DNA of 59,245 bases, counting the filler, from Platydemus manokwari (Eukaryota): the NCBI GenBank assembly GCA_037951405.1. It is 6 parts of 6 records of this genome, joined end to end, with 100 filler letters (N's around TTAATTAATTAA, not from the genome) between each part and the next. Parts side by side here need not be neighbours in the genome. Positions count along the whole stretch, not along the records: positions 28,572 to 39,401 come from JBBMOY011102554.1; positions 39,502 to 49,843 come from JBBMOY011143326.1; 4 more parts are not named here. One strand, written 5' to 3'. Under the pieces are notes generated by a model. The model searched no databases and was not told the DNA's origin. It worked only from the letters and a program-made list of their open reading frames with translations. A program made the position numbers and the translations under genes. This document shows positions 29,857-44,490 of this stretch, in pieces (the first letter of the stretch is position 1; each line of letters opens with the position of its first letter).

Positions 29857-32800
29857 ATCTTAGAGGGAATGTTGTATTTGTCATAAAAAATCTTGTTTTT
29901 ATAGACAAATACGAAATACACATACGCTTACTAATCAGCGAATACATACCATACACTTCCTGTATCCTGCACTGAACTGATGTGATTCAAACTTTAATCT
30001 AATGCCTGTAGATCTTATTATTGAAGATCAAAGGCCATATTTGATATTATTACGAGTACACAAACATAACAAAAAAGTTCAGAAACTAATTGTCTGAATA
30101 AATCTTCTCAGTTTGGTTAATGTCAATCAAAAATATTCATTGGTATCTCCAAACACCTGAATCATAAATATAATATTTATTGAATTAATTGCTACAGATT
30201 TAATAAATGTACTTTCAGAATTGAAGCGTTTGATTTTTATTATTTAACTTGTTGATACATCAAGTGAAATTAATGCAAAACAAAAAATAACTAATTTTTT
30301 GTACTCAGCAGAATTGAATGAGTTTATATTGATAACACCGCTACTTTTAATATAAAAATAAGTGTATCACTAAGATGAATTACAAAATTTCTGACAATAT
30401 TTTTTAACTTTTATTAACCTAAATTTATATCTACAAATTTTTTCGTAGTTTCATTTGCATAAAAATATTAAAAGATCCCATTTGTGATTAATTAGAGCTT
30501 AGCTGCTTTAATTCACAAAAACCGCATGAATTTTATTTTTTTAGATACTATAAATGTTATTTTCTTGATTGTTTGATCACAGAAATTATTTGATAAATCA
30601 TAAAATTTAACTCTTAAATTTCTTTATTAGATCTGAAATGAAAATTTCTTCTGATTTGTGTTTTTTTTTCCAAAAATTGATTTTTGTTAAATAATCTTAA
30701 CAAATATTAAATTGAATTGATGAACTTGGGAGAAGTTAATAAATGCAATATAACACAGAAATCTAATTCCAATTTTTTGCAATTTTTATTTTTCTAGTTA
30801 TTTAAAATTGTTGTAACTTAAATCTTCAAATAATCAAAGAATAATAAAAGAAAATAAAAGAATTATTAATAATATTCGTGCCATTCTTTCATATAATATT
30901 ATCCCAGATATTCAATGAAATAATTATATTGATTCAACTTCTATATCAATTAAATATTTTCAATAATATTAATTGTATTAAATTTAAACTTCTGTTATTG
31001 TATTAAATATGACTTAAAAGCATCATAAATCTGAATTTGAATAATTGGATTCGTATGGTATAATTCCACCATAAGAAAGGAAAATCAGGAAGAAAATGGA
31101 AAAAAACATTATTTGTAAAGAAAATTTCTATCGAAAAATAAACATAGAAACACTGAATGATTTTGACGATACCAAAAAAATAATCTATCATAAATTCATG
31201 TTGCCAATCACGTTTTATTTTTAACATGTGAACTATTATTTTATTTAGAAACGATGAATAATGAATGGTAAACATAACAATGAAATTTATGAAATACTAT
31301 ACCAGTTAATTTCGTTAATCTAATCATTAAAATTTCTATTCATACTCAGTGTATAGATTTTGCGTGGGTGTGTATTCGTCAGTTTTCAAAGTCTGTATAG
31401 GCAAAAAACTTTGAATGTATACGAAAATGTATGAACGATCACAATCTTTGCCATACTTTCTTTTATTTTTACCTGATTTCCTGATGTCACTCATTTCTGC
31501 ATCACCGTATTGTGCACTACTAATGAGTACCCGTTTAAATTAAAATGTAATCTCCTCATAATTTGCATTACATTACATCCTTTCCGAATATCTTCAAACA
31601 ATTTTTGATTACTACCATAATATAAGACTCAGTTTAATATGAAATTTACTGATTCCCACTATCTGTCTTATTTTTTAAACACACAGACACACATATATGT
31701 TGACTTTTCGGGGTTCTTGGTTTCTCAAAAACTTTTATTTCTTTATTATTTTTACACTATTAGAGAATATTTTAGTCTTATGAGTACTATGGAGTTATAA
31801 TGACCCACGGATAATCGCAAAACCTAATATTATGTTGTTCTTTCGCCTCAATTAACTCTAGTCCTTGCATGGAGACAGGATGATTGCTTTTTTGAATTTA
31901 TATTAACCTTTAACTTTTACTACCTCAACTGTATCTTGCCAAAAAATTTGATGAGATGATTTTGATGATAATATTTAAGGGAATGATTGTAGAACCTAAT
32001 AGCACTTGGAGATTTAATATTACAAAAACTTTCTGGTTTAAATATACTTTCATTATTATAACAAAAAATAAAACGAATTTTCAAATACTAATATGCATTT
32101 AGTAAATATTAGGTTTTAGAACTACTTTTAACGTAGTATATTTTATACATAATTCAAGAAGTGCCTAGAGGAGTAAAACCAGGTATTACGGAGAGGAAGA
32201 ATATGAAGTTTTTATAAATTATAGATGATTTTGGAATTATTGGATCTTACTTAATCTTCATATGGCATTGATATCTTCCAGCATGTGCACTGGACATAAG
32301 CAAATCCTGGATCCCTTACGCAATTGAATCTTCTTCAGCTCCGCTAGATCGTAATATTGATATTAAGTATTATCATGCTTTTGTTCTGCAGTCCTAACTG
32401 TGTCCTATCGGTGCTTACTGTGTCTAAACTGGGTTTTGTATAATTGCGGTCACTGCTTTATATAGGTAGCGGTGACTCATTCCTAGATATTTTCCAGGAA
32501 TATTTATTTAATGCAATGCATATATCTTTATTGCACTGGAATTTATTGTGAGAAAGAAATTCTCAGCAATTAATTCCATTATAGCAGAGTGAAATTCTCT
32601 GTGATTAAATACATAGCTATTTTATTTTATTTTATGCTTGACTATTATTTTATTCTAACTGGATATTTAATTTCTTCTGCGCGATAATGGGTGATCATTC
32701 ATGGCTGGTTATCAATAATTATTTTGAGTATTTTTATTATATGGGAAATTTTCAGTAATTTTTTAAGTTGTATTTTTAATAGATATTATAAACTGGATTT

Positions 32801-34373
32801 ACAATATTATTTCGGATTTAATTCATATTGTATATTAAAAATAAATATACTATTTTAAATTGTATTTTTAAACATTGTATTCTTGGGATATGAACTTTAA
32901 CAATTATTTCAACTAGTATTTCAACTAATAATTATAAGTTGAAATAAAATATATTTCATATATTTCATCTCTTTAAAGAAACCTATATCGAGCACTACTG
33001 ACGAGAAACCGAGTCGAATATATCTTTATATATATTACAGTATGGGCGGGCCCTTTAATTATATTTATCACTTTTCATGAAATATTCACATCTTTATTTA
33101 TATTCCAGTCTATGGACTTTTCAAGAGCTTTTCTAAATCGTAATTAGATATCTAATTGTAAGAGTGAAAATTGTGATTTTGCCATTCCTTATCTAATATT
33201 TTCTACGACGGATTCTGAATAATTGTTCAGTGCTTATTATTTTCTTTTTCTTATTGGATTTTAAAATTATTTTACAAATCTGCCTAGATTAATAATTTTA
33301 AATTATTTTTCACCCATATTATTAATAATCTTTTCTTTTTCTCTTACATTTAAAATTCGCCCACATTTATAATTTATTTTATTATTTATGGAGATTATTT
33401 TATTATTTATTATCTCGTTGAATTATTATTATTTCTTATAGGATTTATTATTAAAATTATTTTCTTTTTGTTTAATTCATCAATTTTTTCATGATTTTAA
33501 TATTATTATTTCTCTTTGCATATTATTTCAAAAATATAATTTTTTGCTTTGATAATTCTTTATTATTTTTGTGCAATAACATTTCCAAAAAATTTTACAA
33601 ATTAATCAAATAAACCATTCAAGAAGAGTCAAATCACAAAGAGTTAAGAGTCAGATTAAGTCAATAAATCACAAAAAATCAAATGTTTATTATTCGTCCA
33701 TTTCGACTTTCCACCTGGATTGTAGGCTTTGATAAGAGAATGACTGAGACTATTGGAATTTGGGTTTGATCTCCTGATTCGTTGAAGATAAAGATCCTTC
33801 TGCGGACATTGTTGTTGATGCTGCGCTTGTTGTTCCTGTCCTGTAACAACGATATAACAAAATATTAACGAAAGATACATTTTAAAAAATTTGAAATAAT
33901 GTGGGGCTAGTTGGAATAGAGCTGCAAATAATTTTTTCTATGGTGCATGAAAAACTGTAAAAGATCTCGGATATCAATTTTACAAAATGTAGCTTTACAA
34001 TTTATATGAACTTTTTAAAATATATTAGTAAATGTAAATTAACTATCGAGATTTTAATACTATAGCATTTTTAAAATGAAAAAAAGAACCTTGTACAATT
34101 CAGTGGCTTAAATTGGATAATTTTCTATCATTTATGTAACTGGCAGGTTTTACAAGACTTTTATTATTCTCCATTGCGTTCTTAAAAGGTCAAGAAGTGA
34201 TCACTTAATTAGATCACTTATAATAGAAGTTGAAAAAAATAATTAACAAAAATCTTAAAGCATCTAAAAATAATTAATTAATTAAGCATCGTTTTGAAAA
34301 GTTTGAATAATAAGTTTGTTTATATTTGTTGTTCAAACAAATCAACTTTTAAACCCACCTTTGTTGTTTTCAA

Positions 34374-36762
34374 ATGAATTTAACTGAAATTAAAGATGAA
34401 ATTAGGTACAATTTTTTATTAAAAGTATATATTGTCAACATTGTAGGCGGTTAAAAAAAGAAGAGCAACTTCATTTAAATAAGTTAGAAAATTTTAAAAA
34501 AAATGAGGCCAGAAATAATAACAAATTTAAAGATAAAGTCTGAGTTATTTGTATATTTAATTATTTATTGATTAATAGACTATGATATTATTTGATGGAT
34601 TTCAATCACAGTTTGATAAATTGGCAATTTTTTATGAGAGGACAAATATGTGCAAACTAGATCATAATGTTCATTTTATCAGCGAAAGGGACGTAAGTGA
34701 ATACGAAATACTTGAAACAGGTATTGACGATATTCTTGAAATTAATCTCAGAAACGTATTTAATTTATTTTGCGTGAAATGTGAATTTTCTTTATTTTAG
34801 TTAAAAGGAAATCAAAAAATTAACGAAAATTTGGAAAAATTTGACAACAAGGAAAATCTAGAGAAGCAGTTTCAGCAATCACAATACTTAAAACATGTAA
34901 AGATTTCTTATTTTTAAAGTATCCATAGCATATTTGTTAAACAACTGATTTACAAGATCCATTCTTAGGAAGCTGAAATGATTAATATTCAGCTAAAAGC
35001 TGAATTGGAGAGCCTCGATGCTCAAATTAGTTCCATAGTAAATAATGAAGAACCTTTAGAATCATATGATAACGATGAAATCATGAATCAAATTGATAAA
35101 TTGACATCAGAAATTTCGATCTCGATGAAAGAAATTTGTTATAATCAATCGGTATTGGAAATTTATCCCGACTTGGAAAGGAACTTAAAAGATCAATTGG
35201 AATCTACTCAATTAATTGAAAAAGTATACTGATGAATAATTATTATCTAATATCATCGTCATTATCTTTCAGATTACCCAACAATATCGCCGCCAATTGC
35301 AAAGACAAAATCTGAGATTGAGTGCTTTGGATCAGGAGTTGCTTTTCCATAGTAACTTGAAGGAAATCTTTGATTTATTGGCTATATTTGCTGATGATCT
35401 GCAATCTCTGAATAATAAGGTAAGCTGTTATGTCGAAATATACGAGTGAAGGTATTTGGGTATTGAATTGATTATTGGATGATCGTTTGAAACAAATTAT
35501 TTTCTCAATCCGTTTCTTACGGAGGTTGAAGTTAAATGATACTGAGTGATTCGCATTGCTTTGAAATAATTATTCTCATGGGTGGACCTCGTGAGATTTC
35601 ATTGATTATTTCACATATTTTCTGGTTTTTCATTTTAATATATAAAATTATTTTAATTAATTAAAACATGATTCGTCATCATAGTAACATCTAGTCATGG
35701 TGATATTGAGGTCTGATTAATATTGTTTTATCGATCAAGAAATTTTAATCAGCAAAAATAAATAACACTACAATTATAAATTCTACTTAAAAATCCCTTA
35801 GCAGTTATCAATCGATTCACAACGAAATTCACATTGCTAAAAAATGATGACTAGCTAATATGACATTAATATCGATTGTTTGATGACGTTGAGATGACAT
35901 ATATAATTTACTGAGTTTAGTTAGAAAAATCTCTCTGAAACCTTGACCTATATTCGCGTAGCCATGACGACAAACACATCTTAATCGTTTGAAATGATTT
36001 TACTGAATGTAATTGCAGGTTTATGTTATTGATTGAATCCTCACAATGATTATCATTTTCAATTTATATACTGAATATGATTTATAATTCTGAGTTATCA
36101 TTTTGATTTATGAATATATTTTTCAATGAAAACTTAATACATGTTTATTTCATAAGGTTGCTGGTGAAAACTATTGTTCTCATTTGTATATTGATTATTT
36201 ATAGATATAGATTTGTGTTCCTCATTATTTTTAAACTATAGCTTGACAAAGTAATGAAAGGCATAAATGGCCTTGAAGAATCTGTCCCATCAAAAGATGA
36301 ACAACTATTGTTACGTTTGAAGAGTCATTTCGATAACAATTTTCCACAAGTGCTGGATGCTCTAACAAGTACAGAATCATTGAAACATGCTTTTGTGAAG
36401 GAAAATGTGGAGAAGAAAAACATAATTAACAAAATCAAGAACACGGTGGAGAACTCATTACATTTCCTTGATAGAATGTAATGATTTTATTAAATGATAT
36501 CCATTGATTTATAAGAATTTTTGATAATTTTTCAATTTTTTATGATTTGGTTTTATTTAGCTATGAAAACGTTAATGATTTTAGCAATGACATTCGAAAA
36601 AATAGCTCCAGAAGTGCAAATTCCAGAACGAGTTTAGTTAATAAAGTCAACCGTGATCTGTTTTCGGTTGGATTTCTCAATTCGAAAAAAATCAAAAATA
36701 AATTGAAGGATATCAAAAAGAAACAAGAATTAATTAAATTAGATATCGATTTTGAGAAATAA
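34374..36762 (+). CDS. Coiled-coil protein of about 400 aa, divergent HAUS3 (augmin subunit 3)-like, 8 exons
   Basis: Approximate exons 34374-34405, 34447-34537, 34579-34755, 34801-34896, 34969-35223, 35273-35419, 36242-36477, 36561-36762 splice in frame. Ordered segments FISE..SEY..LE, LKAELESL, IDKLTSEI..KEI, RQLQRQ..EL..H, SKDE..LRL and KVNRDLF..FLN recall HAUS3. Confidence 0.7.
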
Positions 36763-39401
36763 AGTTTTCGTTCTTAATTTTATCAATTAATTTTTGAGCA
36801 ACAGAATTGAATTTTGATCATTTTCTTGAAAAATTATTTTTTCTTCTTTATTATTGATTATTTTGTTAAGTGACGAGTGTTAAAACAAATATTTCTATCA
36901 CTGATATCACCACACCAGATGGGGATTTCTGATTCGGGATGTAACAGTATGTCTTGATATGACCTTAGAAATCGAATGCTTTTCCAAAATAAGTATTTCA
37001 ATTATTCATTTGATTTAAATTAAAGCGGGTTATAATAAACCAAGTTCTTTAAAGATTATACCCAAAAAATATGTTGCACAAAACAGTGATGGAGATTGAC
37101 GTCTAACATCTTTGATACCGATAAAATATATTCTGAATAATATTACGTAATATTTGAAACTGTAAAATATTAAATTAATTACAAAATGTTTTAGGTGTGA
37201 TTTGTTCTATTGCTTTAATCCTCATTAATATTACACATGTTAAATCATAAAAGCCAAACAACCCAGTAAAAATCAAAATAATAGACATAGTAAAAAAAAA
37301 ACCACAAAGACACAAACTGTCCCATGTAATATTTTTGTATAAGCAGAATATACACGTCATAAACGACATTGATTATCAACATATTTGGTACTTATTTTAT
37401 ACTTTAACCAAACATATTTGGAAACTTACATTTATTCTTTGTATGAATATTCGATTAAATATCTTACTCCTCAATTATTTTTGTAGATTTCGATGTTATA
37501 AAGAAGATCTCAGAAACCAAATAATTTAAATATAACAACTAATGAGTTTTGATCGTGTAACCATCCACTTTGAATATGTTTTGAGACTTGTGAAATGATC
37601 TCTGGAAAGTGTGATTTATGCGAAGGCTTATAATATTTATTGGGAATTTATTGAGTTTATGAACTACATATCAATTGGTAATAAATATAAATGAATGTAT
37701 TTTAATTTGTGACATTTAAAATGTACATACAACAAAAAGATAAGCGGTTGCATGCACTACAACTTGTCCTAAGTGAATTCTTCAAACAAATATAATTGGA
37801 ATGGCATAATTGAAAACATACAAAAAATCGATATTTTCTAAATGGCATCGAAGATTGATTAAAGAATTAGATAATTGATGAAGCAGCACGTATACAACCA
37901 TTTGTCTATTCGAAGCTATATTATTTTGCTTTGTCTTCCTTGTCTTTGAATTGTTATCCAAAATTTCCAATATCTTTCTACAAAATCAATACAATCCGTA
38001 CAATTAATATTTACAGGATTACTTTATTTAGAGCAACAATCAATTCTAAAGATAAATATGATCAAAAAGTGGTTTAATCTGTTTTATTAACAATTGCGAC
38101 AGGCTTAAATTCCAAGCCATAATAATATGCTTCTGAATAAATTTCGATAGGTTCAGTAATGGGAAATTCGTTCAATCAAAGTTTAAAGAAACAATTTATG
38201 TAATATTTTTCAAATTTATGGACATCGGTTTGATCTTGGTTCCACCTTCAATAATTTAATATATTTTTTGTTCACAAGACTTTCTAATTATGTTAAAGAG
38301 GTTATTGCTGTAACTAAGAACGGTAACTACGTAATCCAGATAGCTATATTAAGAGTTTTCCTGTTGTTTTTATTGACATTTTGATTTTAGAAAAATGTAA
38401 ATTTCTGTTTATAAAATATTGACTGGCTTCTTGGTTACATTTTTTGATTTATTTATGTAATTTATTTGGACTAGTATAATTTATTGACTTTGTTATGTTT
38501 CTAGTTTATATTGTTGAGTGAGATTAAATTCTGAAAAAGTAAAACGGATTTGCATTGTGGAACTCTTGTTTAATCACTCTAAGCATTTGTATGACTACAC
38601 AACCATACAAGCATAACAACCAACCAATCACAGCGGAGTTAGATGGTAAACGACAATTGAAAAAATAGACATAGCCACACAATAACACACATATAGGGTT
38701 TGACCGATCCCACTCATGCAAAAACTAAAAATCCCAATAGGGCCATAGAAAAGCAAAGATCGAATCAAAATGTGATACAAATGACACAAAAATTTACACA
38801 CAGATCTCGAATATAAATATCAATGTAAAGATGGCCAACTAGCAGTTGAAAGACATGTTTTGTTTTTATTTTGAGAAGTATGTTGAGTGTATTTATTTTA
38901 TAAGTCGTACTAATAGTTCAGAAGTATCCCAGCAGTATTATAAAAATACCAATAATAAAGTTGCTTAGTTCCTCACTAATTTCTAATAGAATTAAAGTTT
39001 CAAATTTAAGGGTATTTTTAATATAATAACATAAAAGTATCTTAAAATCATCACGGGAATGTATCGAATTATAAATTGTTTTACTGAGAAATTATGGCTA
39101 CTATTGATTAAAGATTTATCAAGAATCGACAATTTATTTTATCATTCAACAAATTCTGTATTGAACTTTATTCAAGAATTTTACTGGAAAAAATAATTAA
39201 AATTATCTTAAAATACTTAGAATAATCAGAATACTTTATATAATACCATTTTGAAATCTTGTTTCATGCTTCATTTATATAAGTTATCATAGGATTTAAA
39301 AAGTCAATTGGTAGTCCAAATAAAACTTTTGTTTTCTATTAAGATAATCGAAATAATTTAAATCTAAATCGTTCAATTGGTAAAATTATATAAATTTGAA
39401 A

Positions 39402-39501
39402 NNNNNNNNNNNNNNNNNNNNNNNNNNNNNNNNNNNNNNNNNNNNTTAATTAATTAANNNNNNNNNNNNNNNNNNNNNNNNNNNNNNNNNNNNNNNNNNN
39501 N
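39402..39501. other. Artificial contig-joining spacer
   Basis: Same 100-nt layout. Confidence 0.97.
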
Positions 39502-40099
39502 TTTAAATAATATTTAATATGAAATATATTTTTACACATTGAGAATTATGAGTTTTGATTTTAACCTTAAAAGCGAAGTGGTCTTAGCAGCTAATAATAA
39601 TCATAAAATAAAAAAAATATAAAAAAATTACAAAAAATTAATAAAAAATTTATAATAGAATGTTAAGAAATAACATTAATAATTTTTCCAAAAATAATGT
39701 AAATTTGTTTTACTAAAATGAAAGGGAAAATATTCCGGTAAGTTGATGTGCCTTTCATTTTTTATAATGTTATTTCTTTATTTATTTGAAGTAACTTTTA
39801 TTGTTATTCTAATTTTAGCGACGATAAGACTACTATTTTTAGGTTTTGATTCAATTTTTTCTAACCACCTTAACATCAATTAATTTTGATGTAATAAAAC
39901 AAATTATAAAAATTTTAGGGGTACTTTTATTTTATTTAAAAATGTTTGTGTTCTTACTATTTATAATTATTTAGATGCTAAGTTGGCTCAAGTGGTTCCT
40001 ACGTACCTTCAAGAGCCATTTATCATCATCATTAATTGACTTTCATACTCTAGGATTTAAGGTAACTGATAACTTGATCCAGTTTCTCGAACTCGAGTT

Positions 40100-41650
40100 T
40101 TGTCCTCTCTGTAGATTTAGATTCTTCGTTGATTATTGATAATTGATAATTATGTTCGGTTTTCTTTTTTATCCTTATACACCGGTCTGGCCGATATGAT
40201 TGAGTAGTAGTGACATTCATTATTGGAGTGAAACCAGAGTTTTCTTTCAGAGTGGGCGACATAGTACTGCTTAATTCTTACAGTGAGAGTCATTATTGGG
40301 ATATCACTTTGACTTTTGCATATCTTTGATGCCTGAATGCGTAGAAGAGTTTTCTTGCATATTATTCCAAGGTAAATAATTCATTCATTCAAGTAGTGGT
40401 ACTTTACTACCATTTATTGCAGGGGTGATGATGTAAGTTTTTCGAACGTTTTGCGACTCGTATATGTAAAGAATTCTTAAATGTATAAGAGTCGAGTCTG
40501 CTACCCTATCGACTAAAACAAAAACTGTATGTCCGTTGAGCTTCGTTGAAATTAATTTGTGATATTCCTTATATCCTGCTTAATAAAGTGATATTATATC
40601 CCAAAAGATTATGTCGATGCAGCGTAGCATCATCATTGTTCGATGAATATTCCTCTTTATGTTGCTACAATCCCTCGATTAAATAATGGTGACGTACCGC
40701 TTTCTCCGGTGTCTCTGTTTGTTGTCCGATATGATTAGCCCTTGATAAAAATATTTGTACTCACCTTTAACTTTTTAGGTGATTGTATAATCCTCTATAT
40801 TTCTGAGTTAAATTCGGATTCATCAATCAATGTTTTTAGAGAGTTTGGTTGACCCTTTTAGTTGAGTAAGTCTCATTTCCCCATTGTACAGGAGGATGTC
40901 TGACTGGTTTATATATTTCTTTCAGTGACTGTGCGTCTGCTTTATCTCTCTCCAGTGCTTCTGGTGCATCACAAGATAGGTTATCAAGGGATAAATCCAC
41001 AATAATAATTTCATATAACAATCGGAAATTTAATATAAATGGTAAGCAGCCACTATTCGTTGAACAATAATCTTAATGATTACGAATATGACGTAAATGC
41101 CTATATATCCTGAGAAAATTATCTCAAGTGCGGCAAACCGCTTCATATCTATTATGCCACGTTTTTTATTGGTCTATTGTAAAAAGTTGATCCTAATTCG
41201 GTACAGTGTCTCCCTTCTGGTAAATAGTTCGGATGATTTCTTGTATACCTCTTGTACCGCATCAGATTCATACAAATACCAAGCTTCCTAATTTATACGA
41301 CAGTTTATCCTATTCCCCACAAAGATAAGGCTAATAAAGTCTTGGTTGGTGAGTGCAACAGCTAGTCAATTTATGATAATATCTTTATACCTTTTACAAT
41401 TATTTTCTAAGGTCTCTTGGTACATTTCTATTAACTTAAGATAATCTATTTTGTTAATTAAATGAGTTGACAATTTGATATCGTCCTTCTACATTGTTGG
41501 CATCTTTGACTGCTTTCTCACAGAGATACAGGTCTCTATAATTGGTCTGGTACATAAGAATTCCACGCTTGTCAATAGATGCCCCTTTGTGAGTCGTATG
41601 GCATCTCCTCGTGGAGTAGCCAAGAGTATGGTGAGAGTTTACCAAGCATG
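40100..41650 (-). mobile_element. Heavily decayed Ty3/Gypsy-like pol (integrase and C-terminal region) remnant
   Basis: Fragments HPP..G....KRVNQTLK (cf. HPQ.NG..ER.N.TLK), YIITPAING and YRPDR in a relatively GC-richer tract with many stops and frameshifts. Confidence 0.45.
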
Positions 41651-42339
41651 TTAATGCCTCTGAAAAGATACTTTTTCATACACCCATAATAATAAATTTT
41701 CGATTTCTAAATTTTCACACTTTAAATAATTACAATTCAATATTCACATGGTATCACTAGACGATTCTTCTAAACCAAAACATGGATTAGAAAGTGTTAT
41801 ATCCTGGTTAATAATTCAATAATTGTATTTATTATTTTTGTTTAGAACATATAACTGAAAAAGAATATCATTTTCATTTCAAATGTGAAATTACTTTAAA
41901 GTATTACCTATTAAAATCCATAAAAAAGGAAGCCATAGAATAAAATAAGCAATTCATAAGAATAAATGAAATTATAATTTGATAGATTATTCTCCTTCAA
42001 ATAATCAGTCTCACTAATTATATAACCTCAAGCAAGCAGGAGCAGTATCTCATTTTGTAGAAACCACTACAACAGATGCTACTCTATGAGAAGAACATTT
42101 GTCTGACTATTTGACTTCATATCAGCAGTATTTTATTGGAATATTCAACCGAACTTCAGTCAACAATTGCTGACGGTAAGTTGATAACAACATCAAATCA
42201 ATTATAACTGCGCAATGTATATATAAGTGGCGATATGGATGTTATTTTATTATTATTATTATTATGTACAACTCTACAGCGTGAGTTCTTCTTATTAAAT
42301 TTTCTATGAATATAACATGATTTTATAACAAGCGATAAT

Positions 42340-42830
42340 ATGATAAACTTTTATTTATTATATTACACAATTGATTAAACGCAGAATTGATTCAAACGAA
42401 TTTAATTCATACTAGTTTTATCAACAAATGGGTGAAGTGATCTCACTGAGAACGTGAGACTTTATTTCTAACTGTCCTATGAATATTAGTATAAATTTTA
42501 TTATATAGATTCCAAAGGTAAGATCCTTCAGAATGACAGAATTATTTTATTATTGAAGATTATTTATTATTAAAAATTCTTTATACCGATCTTTCGATTA
42601 AGTTTATCTTGTTAGCTAATATTTTCCCATTAAAATTTCCCATTCAGGTAGACTTTTCATCTAATTGTTTAAGAATAAATTGTGATGGAAATCCATCAGC
42701 TTATGCTGAGATTCGGTATTCTGTACCTAGGAATTTCCATCACTTTTGTAAATTTTAATCATATTCTGTTACTTCATTTATTATTTTAGAAGTACCTTAA
42801 ACTTAAAAAATCATTAATTTGGCTAACATT
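42340..42830 (-). repeat. Diverged dispersed repeat, family A (second copy)
   Basis: Reverse-complement homology to 7110-7630, including both hairpin motifs. Confidence 0.7.
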
Positions 42831-43609
42831 AGAAATTTTTCAATAGAATTTGTCAAACTTTAAAACTTTATTTCAAATATTTTTTTATTATTGTGTTGAG
42901 TATACGCCCCATGCGTATACACACATCCATGTATATAGAGTATATAAAATGCACTTGCGCATAAAACATAACTATCAATACAACATACAGACCCTGCAAA
43001 CAGGATCCCAAAAACATACATTGACCCCGAGTATGAACTGACTCGCTACCGATAAATCAAACCAACAGCCAGCCAACAATGCCAACAATATTATCCAAAA
43101 TTAACAATAAACTTTTTAACGTGATCAATAACAATAAATTAACAATAAACGCTTTTATTCTTTTGTTCACCTGATAAATAAACATTTTTGCTTTGTACGA
43201 TGTATTAGTTGTTCAATTTATTATTTGTGTATAATAATAATAATTATTTTTTAATAATATTATGTTAAAATCCGGTAGAGGTGAAAGACGCGGAGAGAGA
43301 TAAATAAGCAATAAATAATGTAATTAAATAAATAGTAAATAATATAAGCAAATGGATAATAAATAATTTCGAGTTAAATAATTAACAACTTAATAAAAAA
43401 AGCAATACAAAAACGATAATAAATAATAATAATGAAGATATTAAGAATAATAATAAATATAATAAATATCAGAAAGTTGATTACAACAGATATTAAGAGT
43501 CAATAATAAGAAAAAGTCATTAGTTATGCATTCAAAACACGATTCCAAAGCGTGTGAAAAAAACATTAAAAATGGATGAGAAAAATCGGCATGAAGAGCC
43601 GTGTGAGGC

Positions 43610-44490
43610 GCTGGACGTGGACAACGCATATAAATAGCGGCGTTGGTCATAAGATCACAACCACCAAAACAACCACTACAATAAACCATTATGAAAACCA
43701 CTACGACAGACAGTTATTTTAGTCCACGGAGATTTCAAGATTTCAAGTTGACTTCGTACATTGGCGATAATGTCTAATTGTTTGTTACAGAGGAATTTAC
43801 AGGAAGAGTATCACAAACGAGCAGCATAGTTGTAACTCAAAGCTTGGAATTTTTTGCAAGAAAAACATCTGACGAAGCAATAGTGTTTTGGACCTTACAC
43901 GGATCGGAGTTTCTATCGGATAATTATCATCACAGACATAGTAAGAGTTATTCTTTCGATTGCGATCATTTTTTAATCACATTCATTCACGATAATAATT
44001 TACTTAAGAAACACCACTATTGATGTCATTATAATAATTGAATTTATTAACTTCATAAAATATATTATTGATCTCTTCTGTCCGTGTCACTAAAATCTCC
44101 ATTCGTTAACCGGATTACTCGTTAATCGCTGAGGCGAGGTACGAAATATTTTGCTCAACTTTTGTTTTTGTTTCTCATATTAATTGTTATATTCACTTTT
44201 CCTAAATAAACGTTTTGAAAACCCCAAACTGCGTTGTCATTATATCGTATTAATAATTACTGAATAAGTGCAAAGCCATCAGGGGTATCCGATTTATTGT
44301 TTTATCAATTTATCATAAACTTCATATATTGAATTAACTGTAACTAGCGTTTTAAATCTCATATTATTTCAGGCCCAGAGAGACTTCGCATTCTCTGTGC
44401 CACAATTCGAAATCAATATATTAAACTTATTTTCCAACAGCTTGGTCTTCAATACCAGTTGTTGAAGCCCCTTTAGGACCAGTTAATTTA
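43610..44490 (+). repeat. Diverged dispersed repeat, family B (second copy)
   Basis: Reverse-complement homology to 1480-2270; TATAAATAG near 43629. Confidence 0.65.

Noticed and set aside
32990-33045. Hammerhead ribozyme (CTGACGA..TCGAAT)
   Set aside because: GAAA is absent (GAAT instead) and no convincing stem I can be formed.
42682-42743. Hammerhead reading of the three-way hairpin
   Set aside because: Only CTGAGA and GAAT/GGAA are present; the core and stem I do not fit.
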